Origin: a virus
Direction: 5' to 3' (one strand)
IMG/VR virus record: IMGVR_UViG_3300010883_000007
Span: 32,001-96,000 of that record
Length of the DNA: 64,000 nucleotides
A program made the translations under genes and the position numbers. Below are positions 39,915 to 48,250 of the stretch, in pieces; within the stretch, counting starts at the first letter, position 1; each line of letters starts with the position of its first letter. The notes under the pieces are model-generated. The model was not told the origin of the DNA, searched no databases, and was given only the letters and a program-made list of their open reading frames with translations.

Positions 39915-40310
39915 ATTCTACTTCTTGAGACCCCCGAATGCTATGGAGTCTGTGCCCTTATCCATACCAATATACACAAAACCTGCTCCGGCGGAAACAT
40001 GGTTTCTCTTGAGACGGTCTTGAGCTGAGCCCGTCATGGCTGCCAGAGCAGTCGTCATTATGCCGTCTGCCAGACCTCCGGACTCACCTCCTGTGAAGGA
40101 TGTTGCGACAGCATTTGTTAGGTTATCAGTCACAGTGGTGTTTCCTTCAGGACCGCCGTCTGCCTGTGTTAGGGTTAACAGAGAGGTTCCGGATGGGTTA
40201 ACCACAGTTATCTTTCCGTTGTGCCCAAGGGCTGTTTCGATGCACGCCTTGAGGGATACAGCAGCGGCGATCGGAGTGGCTCCGTAAAACTTGGGTGGAT
40301 CCGTCGTGAG
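38397..40310 (+). repeat. Dispersed collinear DNA repeat between two different tail genes
   Basis: 24-bp (38397-38420 = 40230-40253) and 35-bp (38443-38477 = 40276-40310) exact matches at a constant 1833-nt offset. Confidence 0.9.
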
Positions 40311-43073
40311 GTCCTCTGTCGCAGCACTGGTATTTGCGTAATACGCTTTTGATGTTCCACTCCTTGAGATGATTGTGACAGTTCCACCATTGGCCGGAAT
40401 CCGCATATCAACACTAAAATTGGCCACGGTTGAGGTTATAACAGTAGTCCAGCTGTCTCCGCTGGCCTGGGTTAACGAAAGGACCTGAGCTCCATTCGCC
40501 TGGGTTGGGACTGCTCCAACTGTTAGCCTACTACCGTGTCCCTTGGGATGTTCAATGGCCGCCTTGAGCTGAACCAGGAACTCATTCTGTGTGTCCAGGG
40601 AAGATCCGGTCGCCTTAATTGCGACAGCGATATCCCCATCATCCGCTGTTGTTGCAGAGCCCGTGTCTGACCCATCCTCCAACACAGCTCCCGTAGTAAC
40701 GGTTGAGAGCTCCTCATCGACGATCCTGTAGACTCTCGTCCTGGGGGTCGTCGTACCCTTTATCGAGACAATTGTCACCTTCTGCCCCTCAGCCATGCCC
40801 GAGGCCGCATCGCCGTCGGCGACCGACACGTTCGCTAGTGCGTCATCACCCAAGACGGCAGACGGAAACTGGACTGTCGCTGTGGCCTTGATGTCTGTCC
40901 GCGTCTGCTCGTCCGTGATGCCCGCTATTCTTATGTACGCGTCCGATCCCTCTTTAAAGGGCTCGAGCTGATTAGTCCTGGGCGCAAACAGGCCCTGCAT
41001 TGTGACTGGACCTGTTGATGTTGCGCCGGGGGGGAGTCTTGCTTCGAAGGTCTCGTCATCCTCCTGGGAATTAAAGGCCTGAAAGGTCGGCTCTAGAAGA
41101 TCAAGCCCAAAGGTCTCAACTCCGTCGAAGTACATATCCATACCCGTCTCATTGGGATCGTACTGCTGATCCATAAGGGTCGACTGCCTGAATATATCCT
41201 CTGTACACATATCAGCACGGATGCCGCGCGCGGTGTAGGGCAGCTCAATTGAGGATCGATCTGCGAGGCCTCTGATTGGAAATACCTCCATCACACCATC
41301 CATTAGGCTACGAGCTGATGCATCAACCATCATCTCCGGAACGACCAAGCTGAGTGGTGGTGTTCGAACAATATCAGCAGCGTTGGTAGTCATTAGGTCG
41401 TTGTACTCACTGCCGTCTTGGTAAACGTACAGCGCCTGCCCGAGGTCACGCTGGTCCCTGGCGTGATTGATTGCCACACCCAGGCCGGAACTTCTGGTGG
41501 ATGTGTCAAGCTGTGGGAGGGATTTCACACCCCATGCAGGCTCGCGAATGGGAGAGTTGACCTCTAGAGATATATCAGTTAATGCCCATAGATCGTTCGA
41601 CCCAGAAGCATGGTTAACTTGTACCCACTTTACACTCCATGGGCCGGGGCCATACGGACTTAGTGACTCTGTAACTGATAAAACTGTTCCTGCTGCTAGC
41701 CCGTAGTCGCCTCCGCCGATAAAAGATACTACTGAACCACTCGCTAGGGTCTCAATTATTGTGGTGTTACCTGCGGGCCCGGTTGATGCCTGTGTAAGTG
41801 TTAACACACCTGAACTGTTATCAGCCATAGTCACCTTTCCATTGTGCCCAGTGGCTGCTGCAATACAGGCTGCGAGAGAAGTGGCGGATGCGGCGGCGGT
41901 ACCGATGGTGGGGACTGGGGGGATTGCTAACAAGTCCTGTGCTGCACCAAACGTATACACTCTAGAAGTTTCATCTGTTGAAACAATTGTTACCGCTTCG
42001 CCCGTTATAGTTGATCCGGTAAATGTCACAATTGCTGTCGCAGATGTATCTGCAGTCGCATGAGTCCTTACTGTATTCCAGGATCCGCCCTGACCAGAGA
42101 GGTCACCCCTTATCTGAAAGTGTAAATCCTGATCAGCACCGGGAACTCCGCCAGCAGAGGTCATTCCGGAAATAGCGCCCTCGGGCCCTGAAGACGTGTC
42201 GCCTCGAATCACACGATACTTTACAGTTACTTTATCCTGTAAGCTATTTGCCCTCACACCCCCCAAGCTTCCCGTGACACTCAAAAATCTATCGCCTGTG
42301 TCTGATCCCCCTACAAACCCTGAAGATGTCACATTAGTGAGTGAATTCACAATTGTCGTATTTCCAGAAGTTCCAACAGCAGCTTGGGTTAGCTCAATCT
42401 CAACAGACTCATAATTTACTGTAATGCTGCCATTGTGACCGTTAGCGTGAGCTATACAATCTGATAAAGATTCTGCTGCACCTTCTTCATCGGTGTTTAA
42501 GAACTTTGGTGGATCTGATGTAAGATCTTCGGAGGCGGCGGCGACATATGCTTTTACCAGGCCTGCGTGGTCAGTTATCTCTATTGTCTCTCCAACTACG
42601 GTTGCGCCATCGAAAACAATAATTGCTGTGGCTGCCTTGAGAGGCTGTCCTCTCATAACCCACCACTTGTTGCCTGTTGTAGTAGCTGTGAGTACTGCCG
42701 GTGCGGTACCGGGATGCGTGCTTCCATTCGCCTCAAAAATATCAACGTTTAGGGTACCAATTGCAGCATCAAACGATCCCGCGGATGTACCGGATGCCGA
42801 TCGGCTTGAGGACACAGCCATATTGCTCGGCGCGTCTAGATCATTATAGAATCTATACGTCTCCATTCGCTGGCCATCGACAATCTTAACAGGGTCATTG
42901 ATAGGCTGGGGCTTAAGCCCTATAAATCCGTACAGGTGATCCATTGTTCGGCAGTTGATTCCCTGCCGATACTGGTCTATTGCTGTGGTTCCGGACAGGG
43001 AGGGCGGGTATACCAGGATTGCTTGGCTTCCCTTGGAGTGGGAACCTGACAGGACTCTCTGTGTTGACGCCAT
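39918..43073 (-). CDS. Tail/baseplate protein with reelin-like beta-sandwich and four inserted FTGG modules
   Basis: WSVKWVQVNHASGSNDLWALTDISL resembles a reelin sub-repeat end; GGAGGT SD. Confidence 0.7.
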   Translation of the reverse strand: MASTQRVLSGSHSKGSQAILVYPPSLSGTTAIDQYRQGINCRTMDHLYGFIGLKPQPINDPVKIVDGQRMETYRFYNDLDAPSNMAVSSSRSASGTSAGSFDAAIGTLNVDIFEANGSTHPGTAPAVLTATTTGNKWWVMRGQPLKAATAIIVFDGATVVGETIEITDHAGLVKAYVAAASEDLTSDPPKFLNTDEEGAAESLSDCIAHANGHNGSITVNYESVEIELTQAAVGTSGNTTIVNSLTNVTSSGFVGGSDTGDRFLSVTGSLGGVRANSLQDKVTVKYRVIRGDTSSGPEGAISGMTSAGGVPGADQDLHFQIRGDLSGQGGSWNTVRTHATADTSATAIVTFTGSTITGEAVTIVSTDETSRVYTFGAAQDLLAIPPVPTIGTAAASATSLAACIAAATGHNGKVTMADNSSGVLTLTQASTGPAGNTTIIETLASGSVVSFIGGGDYGLAAGTVLSVTESLSPYGPGPWSVKWVQVNHASGSNDLWALTDISLEVNSPIREPAWGVKSLPQLDTSTRSSGLGVAINHARDQRDLGQALYVYQDGSEYNDLMTTNAADIVRTPPLSLVVPEMMVDASARSLMDGVMEVFPIRGLADRSSIELPYTARGIRADMCTEDIFRQSTLMDQQYDPNETGMDMYFDGVETFGLDLLEPTFQAFNSQEDDETFEARLPPGATSTGPVTMQGLFAPRTNQLEPFKEGSDAYIRIAGITDEQTRTDIKATATVQFPSAVLGDDALANVSVADGDAASGMAEGQKVTIVSIKGTTTPRTRVYRIVDEELSTVTTGAVLEDGSDTGSATTADDGDIAVAIKATGSSLDTQNEFLVQLKAAIEHPKGHGSRLTVGAVPTQANGAQVLSLTQASGDSWTTVITSTVANFSVDMRIPANGGTVTIISRSGTSKAYYANTSAATEDLTTDPPKFYGATPIAAAVSLKACIETALGHNGKITVVNPSGTSLLTLTQADGGPEGNTTVTDNLTNAVATSFTGGESGGLADGIMTTALAAMTGSAQDRLKRNHVSAGAGFVYIGMDKGTDSIAFGGLKK

Positions 43074-46000
43074 CTAGAACCTCCGGAGGTGGGCTATAAA
43101 CTGCTGCATCAGTATTTGCCCCTTGAGGCCGTGCCTGTCATTGGGACCGAGATACATGTCGTGGTAGGCATGGTGATACTTGGCACGCTCGAACATGTGT
43201 GACTCAACGACAAAGTTGACACCCAGGAACTTCGTCTTTCGTGGCACCAACCTCTCAATCATCATTCCCATCGAGCTATCGAACCACTTGAAAAACTCAA
43301 AGAATTTCTTGTAATTGACTTTGTCAGTCAGGCGGTTAAAATATATATCCCTGAGATCAACTAAGTCCGGGTAGTCGGGCGAAAAAACCAATTCTGGGGC
43401 TCCCAAGATATTATCCAGAAGATCCAGCGTCGAGAATAGGGAAACCATATCCTCATTCAATGCCTGAATACCTGACACTTCAATTGAAAATCTCGTGTCA
43501 TCCACCGGGTTCTCGTTGGGTGGGATAGCATAAATTGGTGCGAACGAGGTCCCGAACTTCTTCACGTTACTCTTATGCTTATGACTCCTGACTCGAACTT
43601 TGTTTCCGGTGCGGGCCTGATCAAAGTTAGGAGACAGCATCGAGTATCTAAACTTCTCCGGGTGTATCATCTGCTTCAATGGCTCAAAGCCGGATCCCGT
43701 CAGGTGAAAATTTCCCTGTGAGAAATCAAATATTGAGAGCTCCCCGTCGGCATTGGACTTTGTGACAGACTGGTCAGTGGAAGCATCAATTCTGAGCCTT
43801 CCGAAGGATCCTGATCTGCTCGTCTTAAAATTGAAGTTGATGTGTGGATCGTCGCTTCCCAGGGACTTGAAATTGTAGATGTGCTCCTGTGTCTCGCGAT
43901 CAGTCATCTCCTTTGACCAGAACCTAATATGTCCAACTCTCCCTGCGAAGAAGGTATGTCTGAACATGCTGTCGTAGGTCGTCCTGTTGAGGAGATTAGA
44001 ATTAACAGACATGGATATACTCTGGGAGCCTATTACGAAAAATGATCCGGAGATATTGTGAGTTGTCGACACGTTCTCCAGGAGATTATAGGTCGTGCTT
44101 TCACCATGATCGTTGAAATACTTGGCATTGCTCTCATACGCAGTAAGTCGTCCCTCATTGATCTTTCCGGCGTGGAGATAGTACGATGAAGACGTGATAG
44201 ACCCAGTGAGATCATTTCGAGCTCGACCCATGGTGATGTGCCATTTATCTCCATCAAAGATATCAACACCGGTTAGGGGAAGCACCATGGGAATTACTCC
44301 CGATATTGTCGGCTTGGCAATGAGAGATAGGGATCCTGTCTGCTGGTCTTCCAAAGACCCAGAGAAAGCCAAGAGATTCATTATGAGTCCACCGGTACCG
44401 GAGGCGTCGCCGGCAGTTGTGGTGCCGGTCACGCAGAATCTGGCCAGACTCTGGGTTAACGGATAACCTGATCGACCCATACTGCCCCTTCGGCCTGGAA
44501 ACTGGTAGATTGCCTCGTAGGTCCACGATCCTGATGTCAGCAGTCCATCGTTGGGGCTGTTAGAGATGCCGTGAGGGCTGTAATCATAATTCCGCTCGAC
44601 GGACTTGTCAAGTGTCTGGTAGTTAGTCAGGTGCTGCACCATGGTTCCCACGACATTCGGAATACCAGGCTCAATTCTGGACGCTGAGAGGTGTGGTGAT
44701 GTTATGAAGGGCTTGTTGAGATCATTTCCTTGTGCTGTTAGGTTCTGACTCACATTTGCAAAGGTTCCGGAGAAGTCCAGCATTGTACTCACCTCCGACG
44801 TAATATCCCTCACGTCCGAGATCCTTCTCGTCTTTGCACCACCAAACTCTCTAAACCTGAAAGACTTGTCCGGATTGATACCCATATCCCTCATCAGGGT
44901 CTTGATGCTGTGTATTGTCCCCTTGGATCGGACAATCTCTCCCATGTCGGCCAGAATTCTCCTCCAGATCTGATTCTGGACGTACTGCAGTGGACGATTG
45001 CTTATGATACTGTCAACTGTCATATCTACACCGTCGGAGAATTGGGACAGAGAGGCATCAGACGCCATGTCAGGCAGAACGAATCCATGAGCACTTCCCA
45101 AAGATAACAAGAATTGATCAGCAATCGAGCCCTCAGGAACCTGATCAACAAAAGTAAGCTTGCCAAACTGGTCCAAGTGCATTTTTATCTCATCAAAGAA
45201 CTTGGCCCAGACAAAGAGGAAAGCACTAATAATCTGGGGGGATCCTAGCTTTCCCCCACCGGGCATATCCTTGCTCGATCCATAATCTTCACCCCATTCG
45301 CCTGTCTCCTTCTCGAAACCCTCAAAGTGAGAGGCCTCCAGCAGATAGTGCTTGGGAATAAGCTTCGTGATCATATTGGGATTGTTGGAATCGTACACAG
45401 AGGCAGACGAGAGGAGGCGCTGATTGAGCGTTATGAGATCTGGATACGTTGGAAACAGAACAGGGCAGTCCTCATCTGACTCCCTGGCAACCGGTATGCT
45501 TAAGCCCCGAAGTATCCTTAGATCTGTGATATAGTTCACAACTGTTGAGTGAAGTGCGTTTCCTGAGCTATCTAACACCAAATCATTAGAGGAGTATGAA
45601 CCGGTTGGCTCATTGAATTTGAAGTACAGACGAAGATCCTTGCGTGGATAGATCGTCTTGTTGCCTTCCTTCTTCTGCATTCCCACGCTTCTGGGTTCGT
45701 GGAATACTCGAAACTCATCAAGAGAACCAGATAGAGTCTGCTGGAACTCTAGAGCCACATCGCCCTCGGATTCCCATAACCCGGCATCGTGCTTGGTTCC
45801 GCTCCCAATCAGGAGGGGAGAGGTAGTTATACCAAAGTCTCCCATCTCGACCCTCGAGGATGTGGTAATAAGAGCAAAATCCCGATAGAGCTGCATCCTG
45901 TGTATATTGGGTGTTCGATTCAGTGTGGCACACACGTGATGAAACTTACCCTTCTCTAGCTGCATGGAAGCACTCATATATCTGGATCCAGACGAGGCCA

Positions 46001-46691
46001 GGAACACAACAGACGATGATGGAACTGTTGATGTCGATGAGGAGAGGAATAGTGTGAATCCGTCACTACCCGTGAGCTTCTGGGCAATTACTTGATTTCC
46101 CGTGTCTACCCCCAAGTCCGGAACTCGAAAGTGAAAGTCAAACGAGACTGTTTTAGTGCCCGGGTCAACAACAGGCTCACCAGATCGATTCCTGGCCAGG
46201 GAGGGATAATATGATCCAGCAGAGTCGCTGACCCTTATATGAGTCCCTAGCTCTGCAGCGAATCCCCCTTCTGGATTTTCATCTGTCTGTGTCCCAGAGA
46301 AGTGTAGAAAACCCCTGTGTTTTGGAAAAGAATCGTAGACATACTTCTCAAATCCTGTGAGGTTGTCATAGAATACGAGTACATCCGGGCGCTGGCCATC
46401 GAATGGGAAGGAGTTGATTATCTGATCGAACGCCGTGTTGACCTTGGCTTCGGCCGAGTTGAAGAAGGTGTGGTTCTCAAACTTGGACCAGTCGACCGGG
46501 AGTTGCTGTGTTGACTTGACACCCGCATCGGGAGGGTCGTATCTAAAGGATCCTGTTTTGCTCTGGATCGATCCACTGTGGAGGGCTGCTGTCTGATTGG
46601 CAACAGTGGATCTATTCGATGTTAGCTCCCTCAAGACAGACGGTGAAAAGAGGGCTTTCCCTCCTCCAAAGTACGAACTATCTCGAGCCAT
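43074..46691 (-). CDS. Baseplate wedge protein (P2 gpI / T4 gp7-like) with two LamG-like domains
   Basis: FFDEIK...L..LG...G.....IWRRIL......RSKGT..SI..L....G; LamG motifs FHHVCAT, LDEFRVF, LYFKFNE, VLDSSGN. Confidence 0.75.
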   Translation of the reverse strand: MARDSSYFGGGKALFSPSVLRELTSNRSTVANQTAALHSGSIQSKTGSFRYDPPDAGVKSTQQLPVDWSKFENHTFFNSAEAKVNTAFDQIINSFPFDGQRPDVLVFYDNLTGFEKYVYDSFPKHRGFLHFSGTQTDENPEGGFAAELGTHIRVSDSAGSYYPSLARNRSGEPVVDPGTKTVSFDFHFRVPDLGVDTGNQVIAQKLTGSDGFTLFLSSSTSTVPSSSVVFLASSGSRYMSASMQLEKGKFHHVCATLNRTPNIHRMQLYRDFALITTSSRVEMGDFGITTSPLLIGSGTKHDAGLWESEGDVALEFQQTLSGSLDEFRVFHEPRSVGMQKKEGNKTIYPRKDLRLYFKFNEPTGSYSSNDLVLDSSGNALHSTVVNYITDLRILRGLSIPVARESDEDCPVLFPTYPDLITLNQRLLSSASVYDSNNPNMITKLIPKHYLLEASHFEGFEKETGEWGEDYGSSKDMPGGGKLGSPQIISAFLFVWAKFFDEIKMHLDQFGKLTFVDQVPEGSIADQFLLSLGSAHGFVLPDMASDASLSQFSDGVDMTVDSIISNRPLQYVQNQIWRRILADMGEIVRSKGTIHSIKTLMRDMGINPDKSFRFREFGGAKTRRISDVRDITSEVSTMLDFSGTFANVSQNLTAQGNDLNKPFITSPHLSASRIEPGIPNVVGTMVQHLTNYQTLDKSVERNYDYSPHGISNSPNDGLLTSGSWTYEAIYQFPGRRGSMGRSGYPLTQSLARFCVTGTTTAGDASGTGGLIMNLLAFSGSLEDQQTGSLSLIAKPTISGVIPMVLPLTGVDIFDGDKWHITMGRARNDLTGSITSSSYYLHAGKINEGRLTAYESNAKYFNDHGESTTYNLLENVSTTHNISGSFFVIGSQSISMSVNSNLLNRTTYDSMFRHTFFAGRVGHIRFWSKEMTDRETQEHIYNFKSLGSDDPHINFNFKTSRSGSFGRLRIDASTDQSVTKSNADGELSIFDFSQGNFHLTGSGFEPLKQMIHPEKFRYSMLSPNFDQARTGNKVRVRSHKHKSNVKKFGTSFAPIYAIPPNENPVDDTRFSIEVSGIQALNEDMVSLFSTLDLLDNILGAPELVFSPDYPDLVDLRDIYFNRLTDKVNYKKFFEFFKWFDSSMGMMIERLVPRKTKFLGVNFVVESHMFERAKYHHAYHDMYLGPNDRHGLKGQILMQQFIAHLRRF

Positions 46692-48241
46692 TATGGATCC
46701 ACTCTAAACCGCAGTGCCAGGTCATCGATGACATACTCTTGACCCCTGTCAACAATAAGAAACTCAAAACTATAAACCCTTCCAATAAACAAATTGGACA
46801 TATGAAACTCAAAATACATTCCGGCACTGTCGGATGATAACCTCGTTCCACTGCCTGTTTTCTGGAAAGGAATAGCTATATCGCCTGATAGTGTATCTCG
46901 AACCCGGTAGTACACCTCTTCCAGAATCACACTCTTAAGCTCGTAGCTTCGCTTCTTTGGCGCAGCGCGCTCGGCCTCGTGGTCCTGAGCAAAGACTCTG
47001 AACTTTACTTTATCCCCACGAGTGTAATCTCCCTTAGCATTTGTTATAATGATAGAGGGTTTTCGAGAGGTAAAGTTGGAAGCTGTTCGAGTTGGAGCTT
47101 CCAGCGTCAGGCTTCCCGTGTGGAAGGCAACAGTCCCATCGAGAGAATGCCAGATCTCGTCAAAGGTGAGTGATCCACTCTTAATAGCGAAGTCTGTCAC
47201 CCGATCAGTCGATATTACAGTGGATGTCTCACTCATAGGAATCGCAAAAGATGCAGAGTACACACCTGGAAGACCTACAGCGGGTGTTGTGGAAGCAACA
47301 TGTTGGGATGCTGTCACCACCTTCGAGAAGGAACCTGACATTATCGTGACAGCCAAACAGTTGTTGCCTGACAAGTCTGTTAATGCAGAGCCTGATACTA
47401 TATTCGCGGGCCGGCCGCGATGGAAGTTATTCAGAAAGACAGATCCCGAAACATCAAAGAAAAATCCGCGGTGGTGATCGTGAATCGTGTCATCAAATGA
47501 CACATGAATCATGGGTTGCTTGTAGATCTGGCGACTATGTCGGGAGAAGAATCGCTTGACAAAGCGTGTCTTTGTATCTGTCTCCTCAGTTCCAGAGTAT
47601 GACAGGCGGAACCCGTGATTGGGTATCATTCCAGCGAGGATACCTGATACTACAGTTGTCACATCAACACTCAGGTCTTCGTTACCGTCTTTAAAGACCT
47701 GAACTGCGAAGAGATCCTGCAGACCGTCTCCATCATTAAGGTTACCCGAGGCTATTATATCAATACTACTCTCACCCAACTGCCCCAGCGCATCGGCGCC
47801 GGCGGTGTTCCATGCTACAACTGCTCCATCTGCATATGAGGCAGTTATGAAATTGCATGCATCCAGATCGCCGTAGCTTCCCACGTCGCGACCGATACCC
47901 TCGTCAAAACTCTGCGAGAGGGGAAAGACTGCCAGACGAAAGTTCTGGGGTGTTGCTTGGCCTGCCCTTAAGGCCTTCATCTTGAGAGAGCATTTGAACG
48001 AGCTGTGATTGACATCCAGAATGGATCCGGTAAGCTCTATCAGCTTGTCAAAATCAAATTTGATAAGTGATCTCGAGAGCTCAATAGGGTTTGTCTCGCC
48101 GGCGAGGGTTGATTCACTGTACAGCTTGAAGAGGTCCAGGGTACCCGCACGCCCGGTATTGGCGTCGGTTGCCCTGAACTTATTGCTCAAGATCTTGTTT
48201 GTGATGTATGCATCCCTGCTAGACGTGATTATCAGGTACAT
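46691..48241 (-). CDS. Baseplate-associated protein with DNRLRE/CBM96-like domain
   Basis: DAYI...NTG...SRSLIKFD...LSQSFDEG.G...W...DVT..V...NHGFRL...F.SR....P.I.V. Confidence 0.6.
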   Translation of the reverse strand: MYLIITSSRDAYITNKILSNKFRATDANTGRAGTLDLFKLYSESTLAGETNPIELSRSLIKFDFDKLIELTGSILDVNHSSFKCSLKMKALRAGQATPQNFRLAVFPLSQSFDEGIGRDVGSYGDLDACNFITASYADGAVVAWNTAGADALGQLGESSIDIIASGNLNDGDGLQDLFAVQVFKDGNEDLSVDVTTVVSGILAGMIPNHGFRLSYSGTEETDTKTRFVKRFFSRHSRQIYKQPMIHVSFDDTIHDHHRGFFFDVSGSVFLNNFHRGRPANIVSGSALTDLSGNNCLAVTIMSGSFSKVVTASQHVASTTPAVGLPGVYSASFAIPMSETSTVISTDRVTDFAIKSGSLTFDEIWHSLDGTVAFHTGSLTLEAPTRTASNFTSRKPSIIITNAKGDYTRGDKVKFRVFAQDHEAERAAPKKRSYELKSVILEEVYYRVRDTLSGDIAIPFQKTGSGTRLSSDSAGMYFEFHMSNLFIGRVYSFEFLIVDRGQEYVIDDLALRFRVDP

Positions 48242-48250
48242 CTATATCTC

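Noticed and set aside
38397-40360. Repeat pair as a diversity-generating retroelement TR/VR
   Set aside because: Mismatches are not confined to adenines on either strand, both copies are coding, and no reverse transcriptase is in the window.
14439-42635. Inserted modules as inteins or introns
   Set aside because: No Cys/Ser start with His-Asn end, no homing endonuclease motifs, and all are in frame with structural-protein composition. I saw no terminal repeats or target-site duplications either.
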